Shown: piece by piece, positions 15,671-28,419 of the stretch
How the letters are laid out: each line of letters begins with the position of its first letter
Numbering within the stretch: the first letter of the stretch is position 1
NCBI RefSeq assembly: GCF_006345805.1
Contig: NC_043008.1
Span: forward strand, 6,324,001 to 6,388,000
Direction: 5' to 3'
Length of the DNA: 64,000 nt
Source of the DNA: Octopus sinensis
Lineage: Eukaryota
Notes under the pieces: generated by a model
What the model was told of the DNA's origin: nothing
Database searches by the model: none
The model's input: the letters and a program-made list of their open reading frames with translations, nothing else
Translations under genes and position numbers: made by a program

Positions 15671-15878
15671 CATCATCATCATCATCAAGATCCGTTTCCC
15701 ATACTGGCATGAATTGGACAGTTTGTCCAGAGCTGCACCAGGGCTGCACCAGGCTCCATTGACTGTTTTGGCATGGTTTCTATGGCTGGACGCCCTTCCT
15801 AATGCCAACCACTCCAAGAGTGTAGTGGGTGCTTTTTACGTGCCACCGGCACAGGGGCCAGAGGAGCTGGCATCAACC
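15671..15878 (-). mobile_element. SINE family E 3' part (RTE-like (GAT)n tail)
   Basis: Homologous to 22761-23025, 47525-47885 and 53638-53885. Confidence 0.8.
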
Positions 15879-16747
15879 ATGTGTGTGTATATGTAGTGTG
15901 TTTGTGTTTATCCATGTCTTGATGTGGCTGGTTTGAATGAGCATCTCCATTAGAGTAGAGTCCTAAATGAAATGCATCTGTGACCATGGGAAAATATTAC
16001 TTGCTTGGAAATAGGTAAGAATCAGCAATAATAAGAGCGTCAGGTCATAGAAAATCTGTCTCAGAATATTCCATCTGACCCATGCAAGCATAGAAAAGTA
16101 GCTGTGAACCAATGAGGAAGATGATGATGATGATTTTTTTTGGCTTTTCTCCTTATCAAAGCATTTTGTGCCATATTCAAAGTTCAATATTTTCTTGCAA
16201 GTAAATAAATATAAATGGGATATTTCAATGCAGAGAAACCTAATCAATAATCAATAATCAATTATTGATCAGCTGTATATCCCGTATTTGCTGGAATTGG
16301 TGTAAGACACAGAGGCAAGAAACTGTAGCAAAAGGGGTGAAGTTGGGGTGGAACATGCATTCAGCACCTTCCATGAGCTATGCCTTCTCCTCCACTCAAG
16401 TCTTATGGAACCCACAACACACTGACATTAAGTGATCGAGTAAATGTGGTTTTGTGTGTCGGTTTGGGTAACTCTTGATAGAAAATGTATCTACATTGCA
16501 TTGCATAAACAGCAGAAATATCCATCATTATGGTCAAAGTATATTATTGAGGATAAGAAATATATGGAAATCAATCTTGTTTTAGAATGGTTGTATACTG
16601 TCAATTTAACGTGACAGTAGGGGATTACCACCGCTGTTTAGCCCTAGGAAGCATCGATGCCTCCTGATGGCTTCGACACATTTTTTTTTCCTGTGTCCTT
16701 ATATATTTACGAAGAGGAGACAAACACCCCCAGCAGCCAGGCCTGCA

Positions 16748-16794
16748 TCTAGAGACACGCATGTTTCAGGATCTTTGCCCATCATCGGTCTAGA
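16748..16794 (-). ncRNA. near-intact minimal type-I hammerhead ribozyme motif
   Basis: Minus strand: TCTAGA-CCGATGA-T-GGG-CAAAGAT-CCT-GAAA-CA-TGCG-TG-TC-TCTAGA. 6-bp stem I, 3-bp stem II, stem III ACA/TGT, GUC triplet. The one core substitution is U4>C; an extra nt follows A9. Confidence 0.65.
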
Positions 16795-17044
16795 GTAGCA
16801 GAAGCCCACCAGCCACAGATATCTGTCCTGACTTGGTAAATATATAAATCTAATTTTCAGTGAAGTTTATTCACTGATTACCAAAATCAGAAATATTAAA
16901 TTTCTAAATCTCTCATAGATTCCTGGTTACATTTTAAATATTTTCTCTCTTCCTACCAGCTTGCCATATCTGAATTTCTTTTTTTCTTGTTTTTATAGCA
17001 ATCAACCCATGCTAGCATGGAAAACAGACATTAATTGGTGATGG

Positions 17045-17080
<36 letters not shown>

Positions 17081-17382
17081 GAAGGTCACTAGTTTCCACA
17101 AATTCTAGTGACTTCTTTCCATTATGTAACTGTTGTACCATTTTCTCTTTAGTTCTTCTCTGATTAATGAGCGTCCTGTTACTTGTTTAAGAGCTTGGTA
17201 TGCATACGACAGCCAATGTCCTGAAATCACTCTGAAGGCATTTGACAGCCCAGCAATCAACTTAAACCCAAAGATCTCTTAATGTAATCAATTCCTCTGA
17301 CCCCAGTTTTTATCTGATGTCAGTTATTTGTTTGCACGAATCAGAAAAATGAGAGAATACATAATATGTAAATAAATACATA

Positions 17383-17539
17383 GGTGTAGGAGTGGCTGTG
17401 TGATAAGTAGCTTGCTTACCAACCATATGGTTCCAGGTTCAGTCCCACTGTGTGGCACCTTGGGCAAGTGTCTTCTACTATAGCCTCGGATTGACCAAAG
17501 CCTTGTGAGTGGATTTGGTGGATGGAAACTGAAAGAAGC

Positions 17540-17545
<6 letters not shown>
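17383..17545 (+). mobile_element. SINE family A 5' half
   Basis: Homology to 11897 copy. Confidence 0.88.
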
Positions 17546-17615
<70 letters not shown>

Positions 17616-17658
17616 AAATAAGAGATAATGGTGTCATTGAGACTCAAAGGTGTCAGGT

Positions 17659-17963
17659 AATGCAGAATAAGTGCTCTAGACAGACCATAGTACCCTTAAC
17701 ATAGTTCTCAGGGAGATTCAGTGTGACACAGTGTGTGACAAGGCTGGCCCTTTGAAATACAGGTACAACAGAAACAGGAAGAAAGAGTGAGAGAAGGTTG
17801 TGGTGAAAGAGTACAGCAGGGTTTGCCACCACCCGCTGTCAGAGCCTCGTGGAGCTTTAGGTGTTTTCACATAAACACGCATAATGCCCAGTCTGGGAAT
17901 TGAAACTGCGATCCTACGACAGCGAGTTCGCTGCCCTAACCATTGGGCCATTACACCTCCACG
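17659..17963 (-). mobile_element. SINE family B
   Basis: Reverse complement of the 7923 head, plus the shared body gggagattcagtgtgacaca...ggccctttgaaatacaggtac. Confidence 0.85.
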
Positions 17964-17977
17964 TATATATACATATA

Positions 17978-18012
<35 letters not shown>

Positions 18013-18016
18013 GTGT

Positions 18017-18061
<45 letters not shown>

Positions 18062-19377
18062 TATATATATATATATATGCACCAGGTTGAAATTAAAAAT
18101 GTGGTCATTATGCTCAAATAAACCCTTGAAGGTGCTGCTCTAGTATGGTCGGTATCTGAAGCCAGTAAAAGAATATATTATATGTATGAATTTGCAAAAC
18201 AAGATTTAATCACCAGAGAGCCAAAGGTTATTTCTTGCTAAAATACGCACAATGCTGACCATAATGAGCTGACAAGTATCTTAGAATCTAGCAGCAGTTC
18301 TTTTATTATTGATTCAATCAGAAACTACATCGAAGTTTACTTTCAACCAGAAAACAAGACATATGTAGTTCGGTATTAAACAAGTGTGAAAATTTTTAGA
18401 CTGTAAGGTCAAATATCTCATAGAAAATATTTTTTTTTAATGAAAAAAAATTGACTATTTTGGTTGTCTGGTGTAATGCACAGAACAGCTGGCGCCAAAA
18501 CCATAGCCTTTGGATGTGGAAATATCCGGTTTATGTTGTTCATTTGGCAAGGAACTTATAAACAACAGGTGATACAATAAATGGGGGTGAAGACGGGGGA
18601 GGATGGAGAACATACATACGCATACATATCTTTACACACAATTACACACATATACTTGTGTGTATGTATATATATATGTATTGGTAAGCGTATCTATCTA
18701 TCTATATATATGTGGTTATACATATATGCATATACGCATACTTCGGAACACACAAAATGTGCAAATAATAACCTGTTATGTAAAATTGGACGCTGTAATG
18801 CTGAAGTCAGCCAAAGGCTGAATTATTTCTAAGCAGCAGCTGCCAGCCAGGTATAAAAAAAAATAACAAAAACAAAAAATAACTGCACACATTTTAATTC
18901 GATGTTTATTCTAATACTGTTCTATTTTTTTTTTTATTTTTCTTATGTATTTTGTTATTGTTGTTGCCCTTAATTTTATTTATTTATTTTTTTGTATTTT
19001 GTTAGGAAATGTTCTCTGCAACTATAATTCGTAAAAGTATTTTAAAGAAATACATTTGAAAGAAGGTTCTTTAAGATGACAAAATTTTTGTTACCGAAAT
19101 AGTATTTTGCATTTGAAATGATTATTGGTCTTGTCTGCTTCCCCACCGACATACTCACCCACACAAATACCTACCAATCTGTGTGTGTGTATGTGTGTGT
19201 GTGTGTGTATATGTATATGTGTATGTGTGTATTTGTATATGTATGTGTGTGTATGTATGTGTGTGTGTGTGCATATGTTTGTGTGTACATGCTTGTGTGT
19301 GTGTTTGTTTGTGTATATAGACATAAACACACATACATGCAATCATATACACTTGCATAAATATCTATCTATCTATC

Positions 19378-19454
<77 letters not shown>

Positions 19455-19499
19455 CATATATATATACACACATGTAATATATATACATACATACATACA

Positions 19500-19535
<36 letters not shown>

Positions 19536-19649
19536 TATATATTCCGTTCAACCTATGCTAGCATGGGAAACGGACGTTAAGTGATGATGATGATAATGAT
19601 GATGATGATGATGATGATGATGATATATGATGTTACAGGTACCACACAA

Positions 19650-19815
19650 ACATCACTGAGTAGATTCTTTGGGGTGGTGGGTGTTAGGAAAAGCATTCAG
19701 CCATAGAAACAGACAATGGAGCCTGGTGCAACCCCTAGCCTTACGAGCTCTGGCCAAATCATCCATTCCATGCCACCAGGGAAAATTGATGATGATGATG
19801 ATGATGATGATGATA
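19650..19815 (+). mobile_element. SINE family E 3' part
   Basis: gtgttaggaaaagcattcagccatagaaac...ccatgccacc...(GAT)n. Confidence 0.7.
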
Positions 19816-19992
19816 TGTGTGTGTGTGTGTGTATTTGTGTGTGTGTATTTATGTGTGTGATCATCATTTAGCATCCACTTTCCCATGCTTATATGAGTCA
19901 GATAGAATTTATTGAGGTAAATTTTCTATAACAAGGCGCTCTTCCTGTCAATAACCCTCACCTGTATCCAAGCAATGTAATTTTCCCATATA

Positions 19993-20040
<48 letters not shown>

Positions 20041-20111
20041 TGCATATACACATATATATATACATATAGATACATATATATACATATAGATATATATACA
20101 TGCATATATAC

Positions 20112-20157
<46 letters not shown>

Positions 20158-20170
20158 GCATATGTTTACA

Positions 20171-20217
<47 letters not shown>

Positions 20218-20455
20218 TTAAATGCTTGAAATACGAGACTAGAAAAACATCCAGCAACTGATGAAGGGTCGTTCTTTATGTTGTTTGTATTGTTTCCATT
20301 TGTGTCTTTCATTGTTTGAAACAATAGTTCATGTTCCATGTACTCATACTTTGTATTTTTTGTTGTACACGTTTTGTGACGTCCTGTGCCTACATATGCA
20401 CATATATATATATGTATAGATGTAAGTATATACGTATATATGCATATATATATAT

Positions 20456-20461
20456 AGAGAG

Positions 20462-20542
<81 letters not shown>

Positions 20543-20545
20543 GAT

Positions 20546-20608
<63 letters not shown>

Positions 20609-20616
20609 GATAGATA
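20456..20616. repeat. (GATA)n microsatellite
   Basis: Direct. Confidence 0.95.
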
Positions 20617-21130
20617 TGTGTGGATTATGATCTAGTCATCCACATATATTCCGATCATTAGTGTTCCTTATCATCAGATTCATATTTTGGTTGTTAGAAT
20701 TCTACATCATCAGTGATGTGATTATTTTGTTTGCATTGATGGAGTGTGTGTTAATGTAATATTGTCTAACAATATTTGTATAGCTTCCATAAGGAATTGC
20801 CTATCTCTTTGGGGAATTCCTTAAAGTGTGGATGTATTGTCTGTTAATATTTTTCAATAAAATATCGTTTGAAGTTGAGTGGTGTAGTGTGTCAGTCGCA
20901 ACTGCCTCTTGTAAATGCATGGTGAGTCTATGGGAGAGTATTGTACTTGTCTGGCCAATACATCAGTTAGATCCATGATGAGGGTAACTTCTACTTTTAC
21001 AGTAAAATCCAAAAATTACATTCACCATTCTAAGCATAGTTTTTGGTTCACAAGCTTGTATTGTGTCACTAATAAGAATCATGTTTGGGGATTCTCAGGC
21101 TTGCAGTGTGTTGCTAATAAGGATCATATT

Positions 21131-21290
21131 CATTATTTACATTTGACGGAGATTTGTTCTCATCTTGTTTGTTGTTAACACATTGTTTCGGCTGATATAC
21201 CCTCCAGCCTTCATCAGGTGCCTTGGGGAAATTTCGAACCTGGGTTCTCATTCCTAAGGTATTTTTCGATGTTATTATTATTATTACTAA

Positions 21291-21325
<35 letters not shown>

Positions 21326-21487
21326 TCACTTCCCGGAATCAAACTCAGAATCTCAGGGTTAGTAGCCTGTGCTCTTAACCACTACACCCTTATGCGCATG
21401 TTGTGTTAACAACAAACAAGATGAGGACAAATATCCGTCAAATGTAAATAATGTACATAATTCCTCATCTCTTGAATATTGGAACTG
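21131..21487. mobile_element. palindromic tRNA-head/(AAT)n/hammerhead element (family F), right arm internally deleted
   Basis: Left arm complete on the minus strand (HHR motif 21177-21222, tRNA-like head ~21322-21395); right arm keeps only the tail from 21398. Confidence 0.85.
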
Positions 21488-21684
21488 AAGGATCATTGTT
21501 TTGGGAATTTATGGTTGTTATCAGTTTAGAGTTTGGTATGATTTATTTTGTTATTTATTTTGGGAGATTTTGTTATGAAGTGTTTTTTTCTATTCTATGT
21601 CTGACATACATTTGATTCCAATAGTAAACTCACTTTGTGTGATATATGCTTATACTTAGAATATCGTCTAATATTTATTTCTTT

Positions 21685-21908
21685 ATTGCCCACAGGGGGC
21701 TAAACATAGAGGGGACAAACAAGGACAGACAAAGGGATTAAGTCGATTACATTGACCCCAGTGCATAACTGGTACCTATTTAATCAACCCTGATAAGATG
21801 AAAAGAAAAGTCGACCTTCGTGGATCTTGAACTCAGAACACGAAGACAGACGAAATACTGTTACGCATTTCACCCAGCCTGCTAACAATTCTGCCAGCTC
21901 ACTGCCTT
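21685..21908 (-). mobile_element. SINE family D variant
   Basis: Homology to 140-363. Confidence 0.8.
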
Positions 21909-22002
21909 TGAATATTGTCTAATATATTTATTATATAGTATTTATCACTGAATTCATCAGTAGTTAGGTCTGCTAGTCTCTTTGAATATTGATATCAAAT
22001 TT

Positions 22003-22183
22003 TGGGACAGGGCCAGCAATTTCAAGGAAGGGGTCAAGTCTATTATAATGACCCTAGTGCTCATTGGCCCCAAAAGGATGAATAGTAAAGTCGACCTTGG
22101 TGGAATTTGAACTAAGAATGCAGCAACAGACGAAATGCCGCAAAGCAGTTTGCCCAACTAATGATTCTGCTGGTTTACCACCT
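22003..22183 (-). mobile_element. SINE family D (decayed)
   Basis: Homology to 140-363. Confidence 0.7.
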
Positions 22184-22760
22184 CAGTCTCTTTGGATATT
22201 AGTTGTTTGTTCAGTGTTTGCTTTATTCTGTGGATTCCTTGTCTTCAATGTGTTACTAAGGAATCATTTCATCCCTGACCGTTTCTACTTATATGGGTGT
22301 TTGTTAGTTATCTCCATGCTGCTATATGCATTTGTCAGCGTGTTTTCAGTAAACTGATATCATATGTCGATTGTTTGTAATCTGAATGTTTATGTCTACA
22401 AATGAAGTTGGATTAACATTGTTTTGGATGCTAAATTTTTGGTGCTGAATCATTCTCTAGATCATCCTTCAATTTCCTGACACCTGACATGTCAGTTACA
22501 GTTAGCATATCGTTTACATATCCAGAGAATGTGTTTTTGTTGAGGTATTATTTTGCTTTCTATTGTTGCTTGGTAGAATGTGGCAAATGTGTGTCCCTGG
22601 GGTGAGGACTCATAGGTATTCCATCCTTCTGTTCATACAATTTGCCGTAATGCCAACAGTTCTAACTGTTACATTGCTTAGACAAACACAGCCCTCACTT
22701 ATTGGCTCACCATTTATTACAAGAAATTTCACCTTGCTACATGCCATAAAACATTTCATG

Positions 22761-23025
22761 CTGGACTGGCTCCTGTGCAGGTACCACATAAAAAACACCT
22801 TTTGAGCATGGTCGTTGTCAGAACCACCTGACTGGCCCTTGTGCCAGTGGCACGTAAAAACATTCACTAAACTCTCAGAGTGGTTGGCATTAGGAGGGGC
22901 ATTCAGCTGTTGAAACTATGACAGATCAGATTGAGCCTGGTGCAGCCTTATGGCTCACCAGTCCTCAGTCAAACCGTCCAACCCATACCAGCATGGAAAG
23001 CGGATATTAAACAAGGATGACAACG
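22761..23025 (+). mobile_element. SINE family E 3' part
   Basis: cctgactggcc..gtgccagtggcacgtaaaaa...caaaccgtccaacccataccagcatggaaagcgga. Confidence 0.85.
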
Positions 23026-23028
23026 ATA

Positions 23029-23060
<32 letters not shown>

Positions 23061-23329
23061 CATACATACACACACACATACAGAGAGAGTGAGAGGGAGA
23101 GAGACTTAATGAAAGGTGAGGGGCCCTGAGTGATGAGCCAATGCTGACCACAATGAGGTCAGCATAGGCTGAGATGGAGAAATGAGAGATGTAGGGCTAC
23201 AAGCGATATAGATACGGGTGAAAGAGGAGAAAAATGAGCAACAGGCAGCCTGGAGCAGTGTGAAAAATGCAAATCTAGGCATGGCAGGTTATGAAATCTG
23301 CGAGGTATTTCGTAACCAGTCAAGTTTAT

Positions 23330-24130
23330 ATCAAAAATACTTAATAACTGTCTTTAGGTAATGACTCCCCACTGAGATACAAATTGTCTATGGTTAAATT
23401 GCTGCTCATAAGAACATTTAAAAGCTCCTATGTATGTAAAATACTAGAAACAGAAGGTTATATATTATAAAACATTTGTCAATAATGAATGTAATTAGAA
23501 TAAGATGTTAATAGAATTAAGATGTAGACTAATAGAGAAACAAATTTAACCCAATAAATATGACAGATATTTCATGAATTAAAAACAAAAAATGTGCATA
23601 ACGTGTATTAGATGAACCATAACCAATTTGCACCCAGGCTATAAAATAGACAACATTATCAACAAGTCGTAAGAAATAAAATAACATGAATTACACATAT
23701 TTATAAATTAGCATTAATAATATATTACATAAATAGCAAAATTAAAAGCCTCCTCTTCGACAACAAACCAGAAGCCTGCCAGCTACTCACCAAACTTCAA
23801 ATGACAAATGTAATTTCGAAATTGTTATGCAAACATGAAAGTTACAAAAGCAAATAACCATTATTACATTGGGATAGACAAGTTCAACGTTTACTTCTAA
23901 ACTGACAACACATTTTGCAGCAAGGAGCTATTATAACACATTTACATCAGAGAACACAAAATAAAACTTGACAGAAACCTGTTTGATGATAACACAATCA
24001 ACTCATAAAGAATTCTGCAAAGAACCAGATTAGTCACAGAAGCTATATTAACGGCAAAATGCAATGTAGAACTTGCTTCCCAGATGCTGCACACACGGAA
24101 ATTATGAAATTACACACATACAGACACATC
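23330..24130 (+). mobile_element. second decayed Penelope-like element (RT C-terminus + GIY-YIG)
   Basis: HNQ(F)HPGYKID, KSLLFDNKP, TNVISKLLCKHE (23804), YIG (23865-23873) followed after a frameshift by TSSTFTSKLTTH..QQGAI, and RLVTEAIL (24027-24050). The 5' boundary is approximate. Confidence 0.7.
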
Positions 24131-24384
24131 ACTCAGAAATATTTGTACCCAGAGATAACAAGCTCACAAATATTGTACTCAATGATACCACACTCTTACG
24201 TCATCCATAAATATTACACTCGCAGATGTTGCATACACTGTGAATGTATATACACTTATCACATACGCATATACTGCATACACAGATGCAGTATTGCTTG
24301 GAAATCTCTCTCATCTTTTATAGGCCTTCATTTAGAATTATTTTACTTTAAAGTTTGTAGTATCATCTCCACGTGATTATACAT

Positions 24385-24745
24385 GGGTGAGTGACGGTGC
24401 GTGACATGGTGGCAGGATATTTGACTCATGATCTAAGGTCATGAGATTGATTCCTGGCAGTACGTTGTTTCCTTGAGCAAGACACTTTATTTCACATTGC
24501 TCCAGTCCACTCTGCTGGCAAAAATGAATTGTACCAGTAATTCAAAGGGGCCAGCCTTGTCATAATCTGTGTCACACTGAATCTCCTTGAGAACTACATT
24601 AAGGGTGTGAATGTCCGTGGAGTGCTCAGCCATTTGTATGTTAATTTCCCAAGCAGGCTGTTCTGTTGATTGGATGAACAAGCTGTTCCATTGATTGGGT
24701 GAACTGAAATCCTGGTCATCACAACCAACGGAATGCCAGTTATAT
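24385..24745 (+). mobile_element. CORE-like SINE family C
   Basis: tccttgagcaagacactttatttcacattgctccagtccact block; homologous to 31025-31322 (-) and 45965-46280 (+). Confidence 0.85.
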
Positions 24746-24887
24746 AAAAAGACTGCACTCACAATTACTTCATTCATAGGTACCCTGCTCACATATAGAA
24801 CCCTCAAAGACTCTACACCCTACTAACTATAACTAATTCTTGCAAGTATGATTAATTCTTGAATACTAAAAGAAACATATTGCTAAG

Positions 24888-25470
24888 TTAACCCTTTCGT
24901 TACCATATTTATTTTGAGATGCTCTGTGTTGCTTTCAATTATTTCAAATATAACAAAGAATTTTCTGCTCTTAAAAGGATTTTATCCTACAGTATATACG
25001 TGTTGAAAAAATATATCTTTCTAATTGTGTTACAATACATTTCAACACTTCAAAAAAAAAAATATTATGTTTGCTTATATATGAAGTAAACGTAAGTTTG
25101 TTTTTGAAGCACTAAAATGTATTGTAACACAATTACTAAGATATATTTTTCAATGCATAAATACTGTTAGAACAGCAAATATGGTATAAAATCCTTACTG
25201 AATAGGAAAATCTGTCAGCAACCATCCTCAATAGAACAGCATATATAGGATCCTAAAAAAGCAGAAAAATCAGCAATGAGGATGGTTGCTGACAGATTTT
25301 TCTGCTCTGTAAGGATTCTATCCCATATATTCTGTTCTATCAGTATTTATGTGTTGAAAAATATATCATTCTAACTGATCTTAGCTATCATTAAACTAGT
25401 GTTAGGAACATAAATTGTGACTAAGGTTTTGTGGAAGATTTTAATTTCTAAACTTATTGAAGTAAGACCA
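24888..25470. mobile_element. TTAA-CCCTT-ended (piggyBac-like) MITE fragment containing a nested fold-back
   Basis: TTAA (24888-24891) followed by CCCTTT; internal IRs 24990-25056/25101-25166 and a perfect 24-bp IR 25207-25230/25277-25300; right TIR not found. Confidence 0.5.
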
Positions 25471-27144
25471 TTATTGTGACACTGTTCTGTTGCATCACTT
25501 TCGCCTTTGGAGCGTTTGACAATAGAACTGTTGAGAATAATCTCTGGCTATTAAACTTGGTCAGCTCGAGTAAAGTGAGAGAAAAGTGAACTAAATGGAT
25601 TCTGTATCAATTCCATTTGATGAGTTACACTTGTTTGAGCCACTGCACACCTGACTCACTGCAAGTGAGGAATCCCCAGACACCAAACAGAATCTTCAGA
25701 CCAAATGAGCCTGAAACAAAGTACGACAAAGCTGACCATTTCAATTTACTGACACAGTCTGCCTGATGGGTTTCCATACAACTTCTAAGAAACTCAATTT
25801 CAATTACAAAGCTTCTGACTTCTGGATCTCAGACTACAATAAAAGACTCTTGAAATTGAACCAGCCCCCATAATTATAAAATGAACCTTTTTTTATTACT
25901 ACTTAGCCATGCTTGTAGCCATCTTGTAGATGTATTTTGTAGGTGACCTACATAGTTGGATGGTTTAAATATCCTGACTAACACACTAAATGAATTTATT
26001 ACTTTTCTTCTTTATAATGTGCGTACCAACCTACATTGAGGAAATATCTCAGGTGAATTGGTAATGCAAATTGTAGAAAAATCTAGTACCTATTTATTCA
26101 TCGTTATTTTTGACATTTCAAAAATTCTTCATATTTACTTATGTTCTTTGTTTCTATACATCAAATTCTTTTTTTATTGTATTGTAGATAAATTTTTCTT
26201 ATACTGAAAATGAATGGCATAGAATTGTGTTTTAAGACCAGGAGAAGCTGTGGAACCTTGATGTGTCAGCAACAGCATTGTGTGGAACCGTAATGCTCTC
26301 AAATTTGCAAAACTTGCAACATTAATATAAATTTCTAAAATGTTCTTTTAGAATATTAACTAATGGTTCCACCAAATTACAATATATAATTCAGTGTGGA
26401 GACATGGAAAGAATGGTAGACAGCATAAAAGTTTACAGAAAAAAAAAAGGTAAAATATTATATTTGTAACAAATGGTTCTCATGAATCAATAATCATGCT
26501 TTGTCTCATATTTTACAGAAAAAATTTTGCATAAATTATAGAATTTTTATCTGAAAACTGTTTTCTCACAAGGAATTTACCAATTATAGTTCAGCTTGTT
26601 GCTTACAATGGCCACTGCTTCCCAATCCTTACCTCTCTATGTCCTTATACTATTTACAGTTACAGATATAAAACTAATTATTACAATTCTAACCTTCCAT
26701 AACACTTGTAAAACTCTATAGAAATGTACAGCAAATTGATTTCTGTCTGTGACCAAATATAGTTTTCAGCAGTCTTTAAAATGATTTACATCCAGTAACA
26801 ATAATTCACAAATTATTGATTTTATAACTTAAAGTTATCAATATTTACTATTCAAAAGGCAAATACTGAAGGGTAAAAGGTGTTTTGCTGATAAACTTGT
26901 AAACTTGATCATAGATAGAGGGAACAAACAAGAAGTTCTGATGTGTTAAATACTCGTGTTTCAAAGACAGTAACGCTATATCCGAAATAGAATCAACCAG
27001 AGAAAATGCAATTAAACCTTAATCCTCTTCCCCATACATTCTAACCAGTGGCATATGGTGGGTCTTGTATCGAGTGTGCTGCCACACCTGATGCCATCAG
27101 ATTCCAAGCAGGGGAATAGGAAACGTTTTGCCATTAAGATTTGT

Positions 27145-27420
27145 GATTAAATTATGTTTCTTTATTAGCCACACAGGGCTGGACACAGACGGGACAAATT
27201 ACAAAGTAGAGCTTTTCTTTTTAGGGTGGGGTAGGTTTTCGATCAAAAGGGATCGTAGAAAAGACAAAAAAAAAACGAAAAGAAAAAAACGATCAATAGG
27301 GATCATGTATCACAGAAATGTCATGATGTAAAGTGTAAAGGGGGAAGCAGATAAGATATTCATGGAAAGAAAAACCTACGGAAAAGACCATGGTAACCTC
27401 GGTCATTAATGTCACATGTT
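27145..27420 (-). mobile_element. probable LINE 3' UTR fragment
   Basis: Pyrimidine-rich minus strand ending ggctaataaagaaacataa. Family assignment not possible from the sequence. Confidence 0.35.
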
Positions 27421-27431
27421 GTTTATAATGA

Positions 27432-27575
27432 ATTTCAAATTCCGCTGAGGTCAACTTTGCTTTTCATCCTTTCGGAAGTTGATAAATTAAGTACCAGTTA
27501 TGTACTGAGGTCGACCTAATCGACTGGCCCCCACCTCCCCAAAAATTTCTGGCTTTGTGCCTAGAGTAGAAAAGT
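27432..27575 (+). mobile_element. SINE family D, 5'-truncated
   Basis: Homology to 45813-45953 and 140-363. Confidence 0.8.
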
Positions 27576-28275
27576 ATATTTATAATGAATTTGCCATTTT
27601 CGATGGGTGTGCAATACACACCTAACACACCCGGAACGTATACCCCTGATTCTAAGAAGCATCAATTGCTAGTTGTATCTATTTCTTCAACTTGTGCAGC
27701 ATGGGAAAGGCATAAACATCCTGACTACCATTTCATGTAGTTTAGATTCAAAACTAAACATTGTCCTACTGTATAATTTCCAAGACGCTTTGGAAATAGC
27801 TGTCTAAGTATGCAAATAGATATTCTTAAATACAAAAAAAAACAACAGGTCAGAAAAATCTTATCTCCCTCTGCTCTTATAAAAATCAATTTTCAATCTC
27901 GTTATCTATCTAACTCTTTTTGTCAGTCCATTAAATATTAACAAAATAACGATACTGCTTCGTCTAAAAGAATGTAGCACTTTCTTGAAGTTAACAGAAA
28001 AGATTAACTGATAGAGACGAAGTATGAGGGGCTTGAGGTAAGGAAGCTGGGGTAGATAGTGATGATAATGGCAGCTAAGAACACTAGGTTTTTTTTTTTC
28101 ATTCCCCCCTTGCAACCTGTTAAAGAATTAGAGGAATCTAAGACTCCCCACATATACTTGCATTAGTGACAGACATTAAATAGAAACCAGAAGTCTTCTG
28201 TTTATCAATGAAGGACTCTGTAATCCTGTAGAAATGGATAGCGAAGAGGATGATGGTGGTACCACAGCTACTGAA

Positions 28276-28419
28276 GAGGAGGAGGAGGAGGAAGAAGAAG
28301 AAGAAGAAGAAGAAGAAGAAGAAGAAGAAGGAGAAGACGAAGAAGAAGAAGAAGAAGAAGAAGAAGAAGAAGAAGAAGAAGAAGAAGAAGAAGAAGAAGA
28401 AGAAGAAGAAGAAGAAGAA
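28276..28419. repeat. (GAG)n/(GAA)n microsatellite
   Basis: Direct; source of the poly-E/K/S/F/L ORFs. Confidence 0.95.

Larger units (their letters stand above)
20617..22760 (-). mobile_element. decayed Penelope-like element (RT + GIY-YIG), interrupted by younger insertions
   Basis: Minus-strand peptides in the expected order: KLYEQKDGIPM (within 22606-22643), FATFYQATIE, GYVNDMLTV (22498-22523, YVDD-like), SFVDINI..SVY*K, VYYWNQM (~21610), VNVIFGFYC..N*CIGQTSTILSHRLTMHLQ (21025-20905), FLMEAI. Many stops and frameshifts. Confidence 0.8.

Noticed and set aside
20255-20335. CTGATGAAGGG...GAAACAATAGTT as a hammerhead
   Set aside because: No convincing stem II or stem I pairing between the two halves.
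26035-26300. GELVMQIVEK resembling the kindlin N-terminus
   Set aside because: A stop lies immediately upstream, there is no proper splice donor, and the downstream peptide does not continue the match.
27060-27130. Similarity to the solo LTR (shared CCTATTCCCCTG on the opposite strand)
   Set aside because: Only a 12-mer match; flanks do not align.
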